The translations under genes were made by a program, and so were the position numbers. Positions 10,428-19,205 of a DNA stretch of 64,000 nucleotides are shown here, piece by piece (position 1 is the stretch's first letter; the number at the start of each line of letters is the position of its first letter). A model generated the notes under the pieces. It was not told the origin of the DNA. It did no database searches and saw only the letters and a program-made list of their open reading frames with translations. Source of the stretch: Vampirovibrionales bacterium (GTDB lineage Bacteria > Cyanobacteriota > Vampirovibrionia > Vampirovibrionales > JAJTHC01); contig JBIKTR010000006.1 in assembly GCA_044348005.1 (NCBI GenBank), positions 34,589-98,588 of the forward strand, given 5' to 3'.

Positions 10428-10560
10428 AGTTTCGCAGTTTTTGCCATAGGAGGGTGTAGTGGCGGGGTAAAAACAATTTGCAAATAGATTAAAAACCGCA
10501 TGTTGGCAACATTCACGCATGCGTGTTTGGGAAGTTTTGGGGCAAAAGCTACCGATTTAA

Positions 10561-10617
10561 AAAGTCAACCTATGAGTTGACAAAATAAAATACCTTGTCA
10601 ACTCATAGGTTGACTTT
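10561..10617. terminator. Long perfect hairpin, likely bidirectional terminator
   Basis: aaagtcaacctatgagttgacaa ... ttgtcaactcataggttgacttt, a 23-bp perfect inverted repeat between convergent genes. Confidence 0.7.
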
Positions 10618-10632
10618 CCTTGTAGAAGTTTT

Positions 10633-11550
10633 TTAATGCCATATTGTTTTGTTATGCCAATCAGTAGGAAAGCCCATTTGAGGCAAGTAACCTTGATGAG
10701 CAAGAAGCAACTGTTTAAAACGCTTGCGTAAAGTATGATTGGTGTCAATTTGATCCAATAAATAGAGAATAATAACGAGTACGTTGTAAAGCTTACGAGA
10801 TCCTATTTCAAATTGCCCTTTTAAAATACTTGGCTTGGAACGAACAAGCTTGGGCGTTACCGTAAACTCCCTATTCCATACCCTTGCATGATGAGCCGAA
10901 AAATTACGGATTTGTGTCAACGCATGTAGCCATGACTCTAAAATACTAAAATCGAGTGTGTAGGCATTGGCAATGGCTTCTTTTGCTGAATGTTTAAATC
11001 CTACAAGCGTTATATCGTCAAGATTATTATAAAGTCGAGACAATAAGCCTAAAGACAGCACTTCAGAGACAACCCATATAGGCGGTGATGCTTCGTGATA
11101 CTTCTTTAGGTGATGTTGAATAAAAATTTCTTTGGATTGCTCCACAGCCTTTTTAATTCCGTTTGTATCCTTATTATAAAGGTCACTACTCTTTGTGATT
11201 TGATGATTCAGGTGTGCATGAGAGCCATAACGCAAGGCAAGCTCATATGCCCATTTGGCTCTTATGGAAACCTCTATTTTTTCAATGGCTTCAAAAATGA
11301 GAAGTCTTAGCTCCTTGTCAAAATCGTAAAGCTCAATAATTTGACTAAAGGCAGTTCCCGTTTTAAAAGAATGGCTTGTCACGTTTGTTTGAAATGGAAT
11401 CCAATAAGATGTAAGCCTATAATAGTTGACATGGGACAAAACGAACATAGCTTGATTTTCATCTTCAATACTCAACCCTCTTTCTTTTAAAAGTTGTAGT
11501 TGTTGAAGATAAGTCAACGGCGGTTTATGAAATGTGGTTTTATTCCCCAT
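10633..11550 (-). CDS. Abi family (AbiD/AbiF, Abi_2) HEPN RNase
   Basis: KPPLTY.QQLQLLKERGL, NYYRL..Y, LYDFDKELR, PPIWVVSEVLSLG, and HEPN motif RNFSAH. Confidence 0.88.
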   Translation of the reverse strand: MGNKTTFHKPPLTYLQQLQLLKERGLSIEDENQAMFVLSHVNYYRLTSYWIPFQTNVTSHSFKTGTAFSQIIELYDFDKELRLLIFEAIEKIEVSIRAKWAYELALRYGSHAHLNHQITKSSDLYNKDTNGIKKAVEQSKEIFIQHHLKKYHEASPPIWVVSEVLSLGLLSRLYNNLDDITLVGFKHSAKEAIANAYTLDFSILESWLHALTQIRNFSAHHARVWNREFTVTPKLVRSKPSILKGQFEIGSRKLYNVLVIILYLLDQIDTNHTLRKRFKQLLLAHQGYLPQMGFPTDWHNKTIWH

Positions 11551-11564
11551 GTTATTGCCCTTAA

Positions 11565-11625
11565 AACAAAGGAACCTCCCCGTTTGAGGAGCCGAAGCCT
11601 AGCCTTGGGAGGTCTTATCAATTTC
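11565..11625 (-). ncRNA. Candidate abiF-type structured leader / RNA antitoxin
   Basis: Minus strand: ACCTCCC...GGGAGGT closing stem with an internal GGCTTCGGCT segment, followed by a U-rich tract, between a TTGACA promoter and the abi ATG. Confidence 0.55.
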
Positions 11626-11654
11626 AGTATTAACGATTTTACCCTATTTGTCAA
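11626..11654 (-). promoter_or_regulatory. Sigma70-type promoter for the abi leader/gene
   Basis: TTGACA, 16-17 nt spacer, TAATACT on the minus strand. Confidence 0.55.
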
Positions 11655-11671
11655 GACTACGGATTGAACTC

Positions 11672-11944
11672 CTATGCCTCGTGGATGCCTTGCATCAAGA
11701 GCTTGGCTTGCAGACGTTCTATTTGAGAGGCTATCGAATAATAGCCATGCCTTAAATTACCCTGTCGTTGGGCTTGCTTGCCTTCCACCGTTTTCGGCCC
11801 TGTGGATTTACCCCCGTGAAAACGACACCGACCGTTCTTCATAGCAGGTTGGACACAAGGCAAACCGCTTCTTTTACTGGTGGCTCCACATTGCTTGAAT
11901 GGGTGAAGTGTTTGGACAAGGGGTAGATCTTCATGTTTTCGCAT
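11672..11944 (-). CDS. HGGxSTG domain protein (copy 2)
   Basis: CGATSKRSGLPCVQPAMKNGRCRFHGGKSTGPKT...GNLRHGYYS. Confidence 0.85.
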   Translation of the reverse strand: MRKHEDLPLVQTLHPFKQCGATSKRSGLPCVQPAMKNGRCRFHGGKSTGPKTVEGKQAQRQGNLRHGYYSIASQIERLQAKLLMQGIHEA

Positions 11945-12521
11945 GGACTCCCCCTCCCCCGATGTTGCCAATCATTGCTTGCCCGTGATTTTCCACATTG
12001 AAATGTTGAACTTGAATCACTTGCTTGCCTTGGTTGCGATACTTCACCAAGCTTTCATTTAAGGTGGCAAAGGTTTTCAATAGCTTGGTGCTACGGTTGA
12101 TCAAGGATTCCACATGACCAGCAGGTAATTGATCGTTAAGGCTACGACGCATCATCACCAAAGCAAGATGATTCACACTCACCATTTGAGAAGCCAACAT
12201 CGATTCGGTGCTATCTTTTGGGGCAATGCCTCTCAATAGGGAAAGCCCTGCATTCATGTTGTCTTCCCCCATAATCGCCACCAGTTGAGTAAGCACATAG
12301 TGATGCACATCATCATCCGCCACGCCAATGGTTTCAAGTAGTTGGATGTAATGATCCACAATGTTGGCTTTTGGATTCTTCAGCTCGATGCTTCCTCCTT
12401 CCCCGACCTTTAGCTTGACGGGTTCCAAGTGGTTTCGTTCGAGGCGTTTAAACTTGGCTTTCCCTGCTTCATCAAGGGAAGCGAGATCGGCTTTAGCTTT
12501 TTCAAGGGTATCTTTTCGCAT
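11931..12521 (-). CDS. Hypothetical protein, partner of HGGxSTG protein (copy 2)
   Basis: PKDSTESMLASQM and VQHFNVENHGQAMIGNI; overlaps the HGGxSTG gene start. Confidence 0.7.
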   Translation of the reverse strand: MRKDTLEKAKADLASLDEAGKAKFKRLERNHLEPVKLKVGEGGSIELKNPKANIVDHYIQLLETIGVADDDVHHYVLTQLVAIMGEDNMNAGLSLLRGIAPKDSTESMLASQMVSVNHLALVMMRRSLNDQLPAGHVESLINRSTKLLKTFATLNESLVKYRNQGKQVIQVQHFNVENHGQAMIGNIGGGGVHAKT

Positions 12522-12643
12522 GGTAAGGACTCCTGTTTCTTTAGGCGACTTGCTTTAAAAGGATTGACAACCACTCACTGTTTTCTCTACAATATGTTCG
12601 GAACTTGTCTACGATGTTCCATTTTTAGACCCACCAGCGTTGA

Positions 12644-12691
12644 CACCCCTATGTAAGGGTGAGGTTCCGTGTTCGATTCATGGCAGGCCCA
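12644..12691 (+). mobile_element. tRNA-Ile-like 3' fragment, probable attR of the island
   Basis: CACCCC..TAAGGGTGAGGT, T-arm CCGTG-TTCGATT-CATGG and acceptor CAGGCCCA, as in tRNA-Ile 3' halves. No D-arm or 5' acceptor strand, and the anticodon loop is disrupted. Confidence 0.7.
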
Positions 12692-12737
12692 TTTTTAGAC
12701 CCACTCACCATTTTTTAGAACCTTTGGGGATCTTGTA

Positions 12738-13331
12738 ATGCATGAGTCTGGTTACTATAAGATTAGATTAGATTCTCTAGCAAAAGAAATACTTGAAAAA
12801 TCCACCCAACCTCAACATAATTATGAATCTTCTTATTGTGATCTAGAATTTGATATTTTTCTTGTCGCACATATCATCAATAAACTTTTAAATTGGGAAA
12901 CAAAGCTTTCGGATGAGTTTAAAAAAGAACAATTTTCCTTAGAAAAGTTACCTCGTAAATCCCTAGAAGAATCAGGCAAAATAGATATTATGAATCATTA
13001 TCGATGGGATGAGTTTTACAATGCAGACAAAACACATAAAGAACAACGAAAGGCTTCTTTTATTTGTGACCAGTTAAGACACTCATTCATTTTTGCGATA
13101 ACCTCAGACCCAGTTATGACGGATAATCCTCTTAATGAAAGCCATGTTTTTACAGGTTTTTGGTTTAATTCAGATAAAACACAAGATGAGGGATTGTTTT
13201 ACATTACAATTGAAGAATTTTTAAGAATGATAAGCTTGGCTGCTTCTAATGATGTGGTTGAATCAGTATGGCGTAGAGATTCTCAAACAGGCATTATGCA
13301 GGTCGAAAAGAAGACCAGCCAAAACAACTAA
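12738..13331 (+). CDS. Hypothetical protein (AT-rich)
   Basis: 197-aa ORF; no recognised motif. Confidence 0.6.
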   Translation: MHESGYYKIRLDSLAKEILEKSTQPQHNYESSYCDLEFDIFLVAHIINKLLNWETKLSDEFKKEQFSLEKLPRKSLEESGKIDIMNHYRWDEFYNADKTHKEQRKASFICDQLRHSFIFAITSDPVMTDNPLNESHVFTGFWFNSDKTQDEGLFYITIEEFLRMISLAASNDVVESVWRRDSQTGIMQVEKKTSQNN

Positions 13332-13368
13332 ACACGCTAGGCGTGTCTTTTTAAATCAAACACAAAAA

Positions 13369-13399
13369 CAAGAGATGCCCCCGTAGAAGCATCTCTTGA
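13369..13399. terminator. Intrinsic terminator hairpin
   Basis: caagagatgc ... gcatctcttg; the preceding A-rich run is the U-tract on the minus strand. Confidence 0.55.
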
Positions 13400-13565
13400 T
13401 CAATATAAGTCGGCGGCTATTCAGGATTAGAGCCGTTCGAACCCGAAGGGCTTTCGGGGTTTAAAAGACTATAATCTATGAATGGGTATAAAATCGCTTT
13501 CACCCGTTTATGTTTGAGCTAAACTAAAGGCTATCAAATAGTCAATCCAAAAAGGAAAGCCCCCC

Positions 13566-14513
13566 TTGGGTATTCAAGACAAATTCAAACGCAGTCGTGC
13601 CAAAAGCGAAGACAAAGACACCAAACGAATGCACCGACGATCCGAAAAAAAGCCCAACCCGCTTTTAATTGAAGCCAAACGCATGCTCGCGCGCAAGCGA
13701 TTTGGCCAGAACTTCTTGGTGCATCAAGGCACGATTGACGGCATCGTGCGATGTTTGGATCTCGAACCCACCGATCACGTCCTTGAAATTGGGCCGGGCT
13801 TGGGGTTTTTGACCCGCAGTTTGCTTCCCAAGGTCGAACATCTCACCGCGGTTGAGCTGGATTACCGCATGGTGGACTATCTCAGTGACGCCTTTAGACG
13901 CTCGCCTGAATGGGCCAAAATGAATCTCGTCTCGCAAGACATCATGTCCGTAGACGTCCCTGCCCTTATGCCGTGTGACACCTTTAAAGTGGTGGGCAAT
14001 TTACCCTATAACATCACCAGTGGGGTATTGTTCAAGTTCGCTGGGGAAATGACTCAAACGGATCAACCCTTACGCAAACGGGTGAAACAACTGACGTTTA
14101 TGGTGCAAAAAGAAGTGGGCGAACGCATCACCGCCAAAGAAGGTTCAAAAGACTACGGGCCTTTGTCTATTGCGCTACAGTATTGGTTTGATTGCCAGTT
14201 GGAGTTTTTGGTGCCTCCCACCGTGTTTGAACCACAACCGAAGGTGATGTCCGTGGTGATTAGCCTTTACCCTCGTCAAGAAGGTTTATGCCCCGTGAGT
14301 GATTTAACGCTGATGCAACGCATTGTGCGCACTACCTTTCAACAGCGACGCAAAATGTTGCGAAATACCCTGTTAAACGATCACTTGGTAAACGCCGAAG
14401 CTCTTGAAGGCGTCTTCGCGGTGGCGGGGGTGAATCCAGAAGCCCGCCCTGAAAGCTTGAGCATTGAAGCCTTTGCCAAACTAACGGATGCCATTCATGC
14501 GCTGCCCCGCTAA
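13566..14513 (+). CDS. rsmA: 16S rRNA adenine dimethyltransferase
   Basis: KRFGQNFL, LEIGPGLG, VVGNLPYNIT, MVQKEV, RRKMLRN. Confidence 0.95.
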   Translation: MGIQDKFKRSRAKSEDKDTKRMHRRSEKKPNPLLIEAKRMLARKRFGQNFLVHQGTIDGIVRCLDLEPTDHVLEIGPGLGFLTRSLLPKVEHLTAVELDYRMVDYLSDAFRRSPEWAKMNLVSQDIMSVDVPALMPCDTFKVVGNLPYNITSGVLFKFAGEMTQTDQPLRKRVKQLTFMVQKEVGERITAKEGSKDYGPLSIALQYWFDCQLEFLVPPTVFEPQPKVMSVVISLYPRQEGLCPVSDLTLMQRIVRTTFQQRRKMLRNTLLNDHLVNAEALEGVFAVAGVNPEARPESLSIEAFAKLTDAIHALPR

Positions 14514-15420
14514 ACTCAATCTTAGCTTACACGTGTTGGGCAAGCGCCCTGATGGCTACAGTACGCTTGACAGCGTCGTGGCCTTACTCGATTGGTACGA
14601 CGCGTTAAGCATCCGCCCGAGTCTTCGCGCGAATGAGGCGTCCGAATCAGATGTTTACTTCACTTCGAACGATCCTACCCTTCAAGCCCTTGGAGAAGAC
14701 AATTTGGTGTTTCGTGGCATTCGTGCCGTGCAACAGCAACACAGACAAAACCATCCTCACCTAAAGGGATTCCCTCCTGTAGAGGTGTATTTAGAAAAAC
14801 ATCTACCGTATCAAGCTGGCTTAGGTTCAGCGTCTTCCAATGCGGCTTGTGCCATACGTCAATATCATACGCTAGTGTGCCAGCAGTGGAGCGAACTGAC
14901 CCCATTAAGCGATGAGCAACTCCATGAGTTAGGCGCCGAAATTGGTTCAGACGTCCCCTTATTTCTAAAAAAAACGCCCTTACTTCATCTTCAAGGCCGT
15001 GGGGAACATCTTGACGTGATAGCGGGCAATTCCCAAAGTTTTAGGGGGGTAGACGTGCTTGTGCTTAAATCAGCGCGTATTGCCATTTCAACGAAAGACG
15101 CCTATGCGTGGGTGCATGAAGCCAAGGCGTATAGCACGCCTAAGGCTCTATTGATTGAAGGGCTTCAATCAGGGGTACCCTTAAAAGCGTTACAGCCTGC
15201 GATGCACAACGACTTTGAAGCGGTGGTTTTTGAAAAACATCCCGCCTTAGCGCTTCAAAAAAAAGCGTTGTTGGACAAGGGTGCCTTTCACGCCATGTTG
15301 TGTGGCAGTGGTTCGGCCGTGGTTGGTTTTTTTGAACCCGACCGCCTGCCAAGCGAAAAGGAACAAGAACAGTTGCAAACCCGTTTAGGGGTGAAGGCTT
15401 GGCAAACGGCTTTTTTGTAG
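14488..15420 (+). CDS. ispE: 4-diphosphocytidyl-2-C-methyl-D-erythritol kinase
   Basis: PAKLNLSL, AGLGSASSNAA, IGSDVP, MLCGSGSAV. Confidence 0.92.
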   Translation: MPFMRCPAKLNLSLHVLGKRPDGYSTLDSVVALLDWYDALSIRPSLRANEASESDVYFTSNDPTLQALGEDNLVFRGIRAVQQQHRQNHPHLKGFPPVEVYLEKHLPYQAGLGSASSNAACAIRQYHTLVCQQWSELTPLSDEQLHELGAEIGSDVPLFLKKTPLLHLQGRGEHLDVIAGNSQSFRGVDVLVLKSARIAISTKDAYAWVHEAKAYSTPKALLIEGLQSGVPLKALQPAMHNDFEAVVFEKHPALALQKKALLDKGAFHAMLCGSGSAVVGFFEPDRLPSEKEQEQLQTRLGVKAWQTAFL

Positions 15421-15831
15421 AATGTTCTATCGAACATTCTTGAACTTGTCTGCAAAATGTTACAAAATGTTGCAATAAGACACAGCCTGTTGAATAATCC
15501 TAGGATGTATTTTTTACACTAAGTACATGAGTGCCTATTGTATAGCAATTGATTTTGCTTGAATAAAAGGGTGTCGTTTACAGCGTGCTATAAGCCCCTT
15601 GATATTACGCATCCACTAGATAGATGAATTTTAACAAATTGGCGAAAATAAGTGTGTCAACTTTACAATTGTTTGTTATACTTTGTGTATAGATTATTCT
15701 TAATATTTTCTTAATCTGTTTTTGTGTCCCCTCCTTACGAAGTCAAAGATTCAAAACTGTGTAGATCGCTTAAGAAATTGATTCATGTGTACCGCTTGCC
15801 CCTTGCCTTTTCAGCTTAGAAAGAGTTTCTT

Positions 15832-16461
15832 GTGACGCAACCTTCGTTTTCTAGCCCTCCTTATCTCACCGAATCCACCGCTCCTGCCTTTGAAGCAGTG
15901 GAGTTCTTTTCGGGTGTGAACCATGCTCGCGCCCATTCTCGGCGTCGTTTAATGCGTCGTTCAGGGCAACGCAATGTGGTGGATTTGCTCTTAAATGAAG
16001 CTTCTGTTTCACACGCACAAGAACACACGTGGCCAGATGATTCAATGGCGACGCCTACGTTTGGGCCTCGTCCCAAAAAAGAGTTTTCAAACCATGTGGC
16101 CGTTCGTACCCTAAAGCTGGGTGTTGGGGCAGGTTTACTTGCTGTATTGGGCTGTCAATCACTGATTAAAGGGTGGAATCAGTCTGAAATTTGGGTGAAA
16201 AACGCCGTTAAAGCCGTGGTCTTTTCAGGGCTGACGCTTTACCTTTTGGCATCATGTATTTCATTAGGGCTTGGCCTGCTTCAGGTGCATCATCAAGCGC
16301 CTGTGGTCAATGGTTTGTATGAGTCTCATCGACTCAAAAATGTGACGCTTAAAGCAGACATTAAGCGTATTGAAAGTGGGCAAGACGCCGAAGCCTTGGC
16401 TCGTGGCTATTTGGACATGGTGAAAGCCGGCGAAGTTCTGCTGAAAATCCAACACCCCTAA
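15832..16461 (+). CDS. Membrane protein with C-terminal septum-formation-initiator (FtsB/DivIC)-like segment
   Basis: TM helices, then a coiled coil and EALARGYLDMVKAGEVLL. Confidence 0.5.
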   Translation: MTQPSFSSPPYLTESTAPAFEAVEFFSGVNHARAHSRRRLMRRSGQRNVVDLLLNEASVSHAQEHTWPDDSMATPTFGPRPKKEFSNHVAVRTLKLGVGAGLLAVLGCQSLIKGWNQSEIWVKNAVKAVVFSGLTLYLLASCISLGLGLLQVHHQAPVVNGLYESHRLKNVTLKADIKRIESGQDAEALARGYLDMVKAGEVLLKIQHP

Positions 16462-16500
16462 AAAGCAACACGTAAAAACCACCGTAAGAAGCAGGCCCGC

Positions 16501-16529
16501 TTGACAAGTGGATGCCTTTATTTTACAAT
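16501..16529 (+). promoter_or_regulatory. Sigma70 promoter
   Basis: TTGACA-N17-TACAAT upstream of the ATG at 16592. Confidence 0.65.
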
Positions 16530-16591
16530 TTGTAAAGTATTTGACTTTTTCTCTTTCTACTTCCCACCCAACCGTTTGGAAAGGTTTTCTC

Positions 16592-17248
16592 ATGTTTGCG
16601 TTACCCGCTGTTTCAACCCCACCCCTTCGCCTGAAGATGACCCCTTTTACCCCCCCCACTAACTATAGTAAAGCAAAAGAAACGCCTGCCCCCACGGCCC
16701 TTCAACGACAAGGGGCTAGGGTTGTAAATCCTGAAGTTTTATTTAAGGCCATGGGCGTTAGGATCCCAGATTCCGTAGAAAAAACGCAACAGGAATGGCA
16801 TCTGTTGGCGCAACAATATATGAGGCGGAGGCGAAAGCGGGGTGTTGCTCCAAAATGGAAGTTAATCGAAACCCTATTAGACCCTTCCAAACACAGAAAC
16901 CTGAAACTTTGCTTTGAACCAGATAATGGTATTAGTGTAAGCATAGTAGGACGTGACCCCGAACAGCTATTCAACAACATTATTTATGAAAATGGTTTAG
17001 AAGGCTTTCTTGACCAGAAACCACTGAGTCTCGACCGATTTGACTTTGACTCCTTGATCCTTAATGATGATATGGATGATGCTGATGACCCTATACTCTG
17101 GATAGAGAATACTCGTAAGTTTAGGAACTTATTTCATCCATCGATTTTTTCTCAAGTCTTGGATATTTTACAACAGTTCGCCGAAACTATCCCTCAACCA
17201 AAAGAATCACGAGAATCTCCAGGTCAACTAGAATTCAAGTTTACGTAA
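16592..17248 (+). CDS. Hypothetical protein with P/T-rich N-terminus
   Basis: ORF downstream of a consensus promoter; 3' part is AT-rich. Confidence 0.6.
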   Translation: MFALPAVSTPPLRLKMTPFTPPTNYSKAKETPAPTALQRQGARVVNPEVLFKAMGVRIPDSVEKTQQEWHLLAQQYMRRRRKRGVAPKWKLIETLLDPSKHRNLKLCFEPDNGISVSIVGRDPEQLFNNIIYENGLEGFLDQKPLSLDRFDFDSLILNDDMDDADDPILWIENTRKFRNLFHPSIFSQVLDILQQFAETIPQPKESRESPGQLEFKFT

Positions 17249-17251
17249 CGC

Positions 17252-19105
17252 TTACACCAACTCGTAAATCGCATAAGACGCGCGCCAATTGACCCCCCAC
17301 GCCTGACGCGCACACGCCTGCCACTTGCCCCCCAAGCGGTACACCCGCCGGGCCTGCGTAAAGCCCAGCTCTTCGCAAAGGCTCGTAAAATCTTTCAGCG
17401 TAAACAGGTGAATGTTTGGCGTGTTGTACCACATGTACGGCAGTGCCGAAGAGTTCGGCATACGCCCGAAACACAACAGTTGTAAGCGAATCGGCAAAAA
17501 GCCAAAGTTCGGAAAGCCAATCACGCATCGGCGCGCCACCCGCTTCATTTCTTTCAACACGCGGTAAGGATCCTGCACCGATTGCAAGGCCAAGTGAAGC
17601 ACCGCCACATCAAAGGCAGCATCAGGGAGCTGTTCTAAGGTATGCAACATATCGCCTTGTAAAACGGGCAAGCCCTTTTGCAACGCCTCTTTCACCGAAG
17701 CTTCCTTTTGTTCCACCCCCCACAAAACGCCATGAGTCCCCTGCGACTTTAAAACCGCAAGTAAATCGCCGGTGCCACAGCCCAAATCCAACACCGAATC
17801 TTCGGGGTTTATCAGCCCCAGCAAGGGGGCCAAATCATCACGCACAGGCATCGGAGCCACAGACGTTGCAGAAGCTTCAGGCAGAAGAGACGGGTACAAA
17901 AAAGGCGCGATGATTTGGTTCAATTCAGCCGTGTCAATCAAAAAGGCGTCATGCCCCCATGGGGTGGAAAGCGTCACAGCGGTGGGGGGGGTGTTGAGCG
18001 CCAGTAAGGCATCGACCAAGCGGTGCGTTTCCTTGGGCGGAAAAAGTCCATCCGTGTCATACGCCACAAACAAGCAGTCGGCTTCAACACGCGCCATCGC
18101 CGTTTTTAAATCCCCTTCGCCCCACGCTTCCACTACATCAAAGGCGTCAAGAGCCTTACTTAAATACAAGTAACTATTGGCATCAAAGCGATTAACAAAC
18201 TGTTGGCCCTGGTAATCCAAATACGATTCGACTTGAAACTCGGCTTGAAACGGGCGACTTTCAGCGGTGGCGTGGGCGGGCAACACCGCTTGGCTTTCAA
18301 TGAGAGAGCGCCCAAACTTTTGATCCAAACTATCTTCACTCACATAAGTCAGGTGCGCGAGCATCCGCGCGGTGGCCAGCCCCTGCCGTGGTTCAGTGCC
18401 ATGGCGTTGGTAAAGCCCTTGCTTCCATTGCGGATCATTCATAATGGCGTGTCGCCCCACGGCGTTAAAGGCAATGCCTTGCGTACTGTAGCTGGCTCCA
18501 CTGGCAATGACCACCAGCTTTTTGACTGCCTGAGGGTAACGAATGCCCCATTCAAGGGCTTGAAAGCCTCCCATGGAACCTCCCACCACGGCGTGCCACT
18601 GATTCACCTGCAGGGCCCGCATGACGGCGTGTTGGGCGTTGACCATGTCTGCAATCGTAATAGGCGGGAACTGCGTATCATAGGCTTCTTGGGTGCGGGG
18701 GTTAATAGATTCTGGGCCTGTAGAGCCGTTACACCCGCCTAGCACATGCGTACAGCAAATCGCATGGGTGTGGGGGTTAAACGCGTTTGCTTCGCCGACG
18801 AGATCATCCCACCAGCCGGCTTTTTTTTCGTTAGGTTGATGTCGCCCCGCGAGGTGAGCGTCGCCCGTGAGGGCATGGCAGACCAAAATGACGTTGTCTT
18901 TTTCGGCATTAAGCTGACCGTACAGCTCTAATCGAATTTCAAAAGACGGCAACACCTCCCCACATTCAAGCGTCAACGGGGAATCAAAATGCACATGAAG
19001 GGGCGTGACGAGGCGTTGACTTTGCCACAACGCAAAGGCTTCGGCTTGATGAGCACCCAGCCACCTGAGAAGTTCTTGAGCAGAAATAGCATGTCGCTGG
19101 GTCAA
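17252..19105 (-). CDS. metX: Homoserine O-acyltransferase MetX fused to a MetW-like methyltransferase domain
   Basis: CHALTGD, GGSMGG, RFDANSYL, GHDAFL; then VLDLGCGTG, FPNFG and WYNTPNIH (MetW). Confidence 0.9.
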   Translation of the reverse strand: MTQRHAISAQELLRWLGAHQAEAFALWQSQRLVTPLHVHFDSPLTLECGEVLPSFEIRLELYGQLNAEKDNVILVCHALTGDAHLAGRHQPNEKKAGWWDDLVGEANAFNPHTHAICCTHVLGGCNGSTGPESINPRTQEAYDTQFPPITIADMVNAQHAVMRALQVNQWHAVVGGSMGGFQALEWGIRYPQAVKKLVVIASGASYSTQGIAFNAVGRHAIMNDPQWKQGLYQRHGTEPRQGLATARMLAHLTYVSEDSLDQKFGRSLIESQAVLPAHATAESRPFQAEFQVESYLDYQGQQFVNRFDANSYLYLSKALDAFDVVEAWGEGDLKTAMARVEADCLFVAYDTDGLFPPKETHRLVDALLALNTPPTAVTLSTPWGHDAFLIDTAELNQIIAPFLYPSLLPEASATSVAPMPVRDDLAPLLGLINPEDSVLDLGCGTGDLLAVLKSQGTHGVLWGVEQKEASVKEALQKGLPVLQGDMLHTLEQLPDAAFDVAVLHLALQSVQDPYRVLKEMKRVARRCVIGFPNFGFLPIRLQLLCFGRMPNSSALPYMWYNTPNIHLFTLKDFTSLCEELGFTQARRVYRLGGKWQACARQAWGVNWRASYAIYELV

Positions 19106-19205
19106 GGGGGCGTTTCCTTACAATGGGTGATGTTTACTCAGGGTGAAACCACACTTGGGGAAAGATCCGTTTGACACAAAGCGAGCTAACACCCCGTCTT
19201 TGAGG

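Larger units (their letters stand above)
1..12691. mobile_element. Integrative island / phage-satellite-like element (left end outside the window)
   Basis: Primase plus DUF3987, HGGxSTG modules, defence cargo, AT-rich genes and a terminal tRNA fragment; no integrase within the window. Confidence 0.7.

Noticed and set aside
12644-12691. Intact tRNA gene
   Set aside because: No 5' acceptor strand or D-arm, and the anticodon loop has 8 nt; treated as an att fragment.
13420-13462. Group II intron domain V or tRNA T-arm
   Set aside because: GAGCCG and GGTTCGAA are present, but the required pairings and context are missing.
17241-19174. Antisense ORFs over metX-metW (and similar ones over accC, murE, secY)
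   Set aside because: Shadow frames of well-supported genes, with no motifs of their own.
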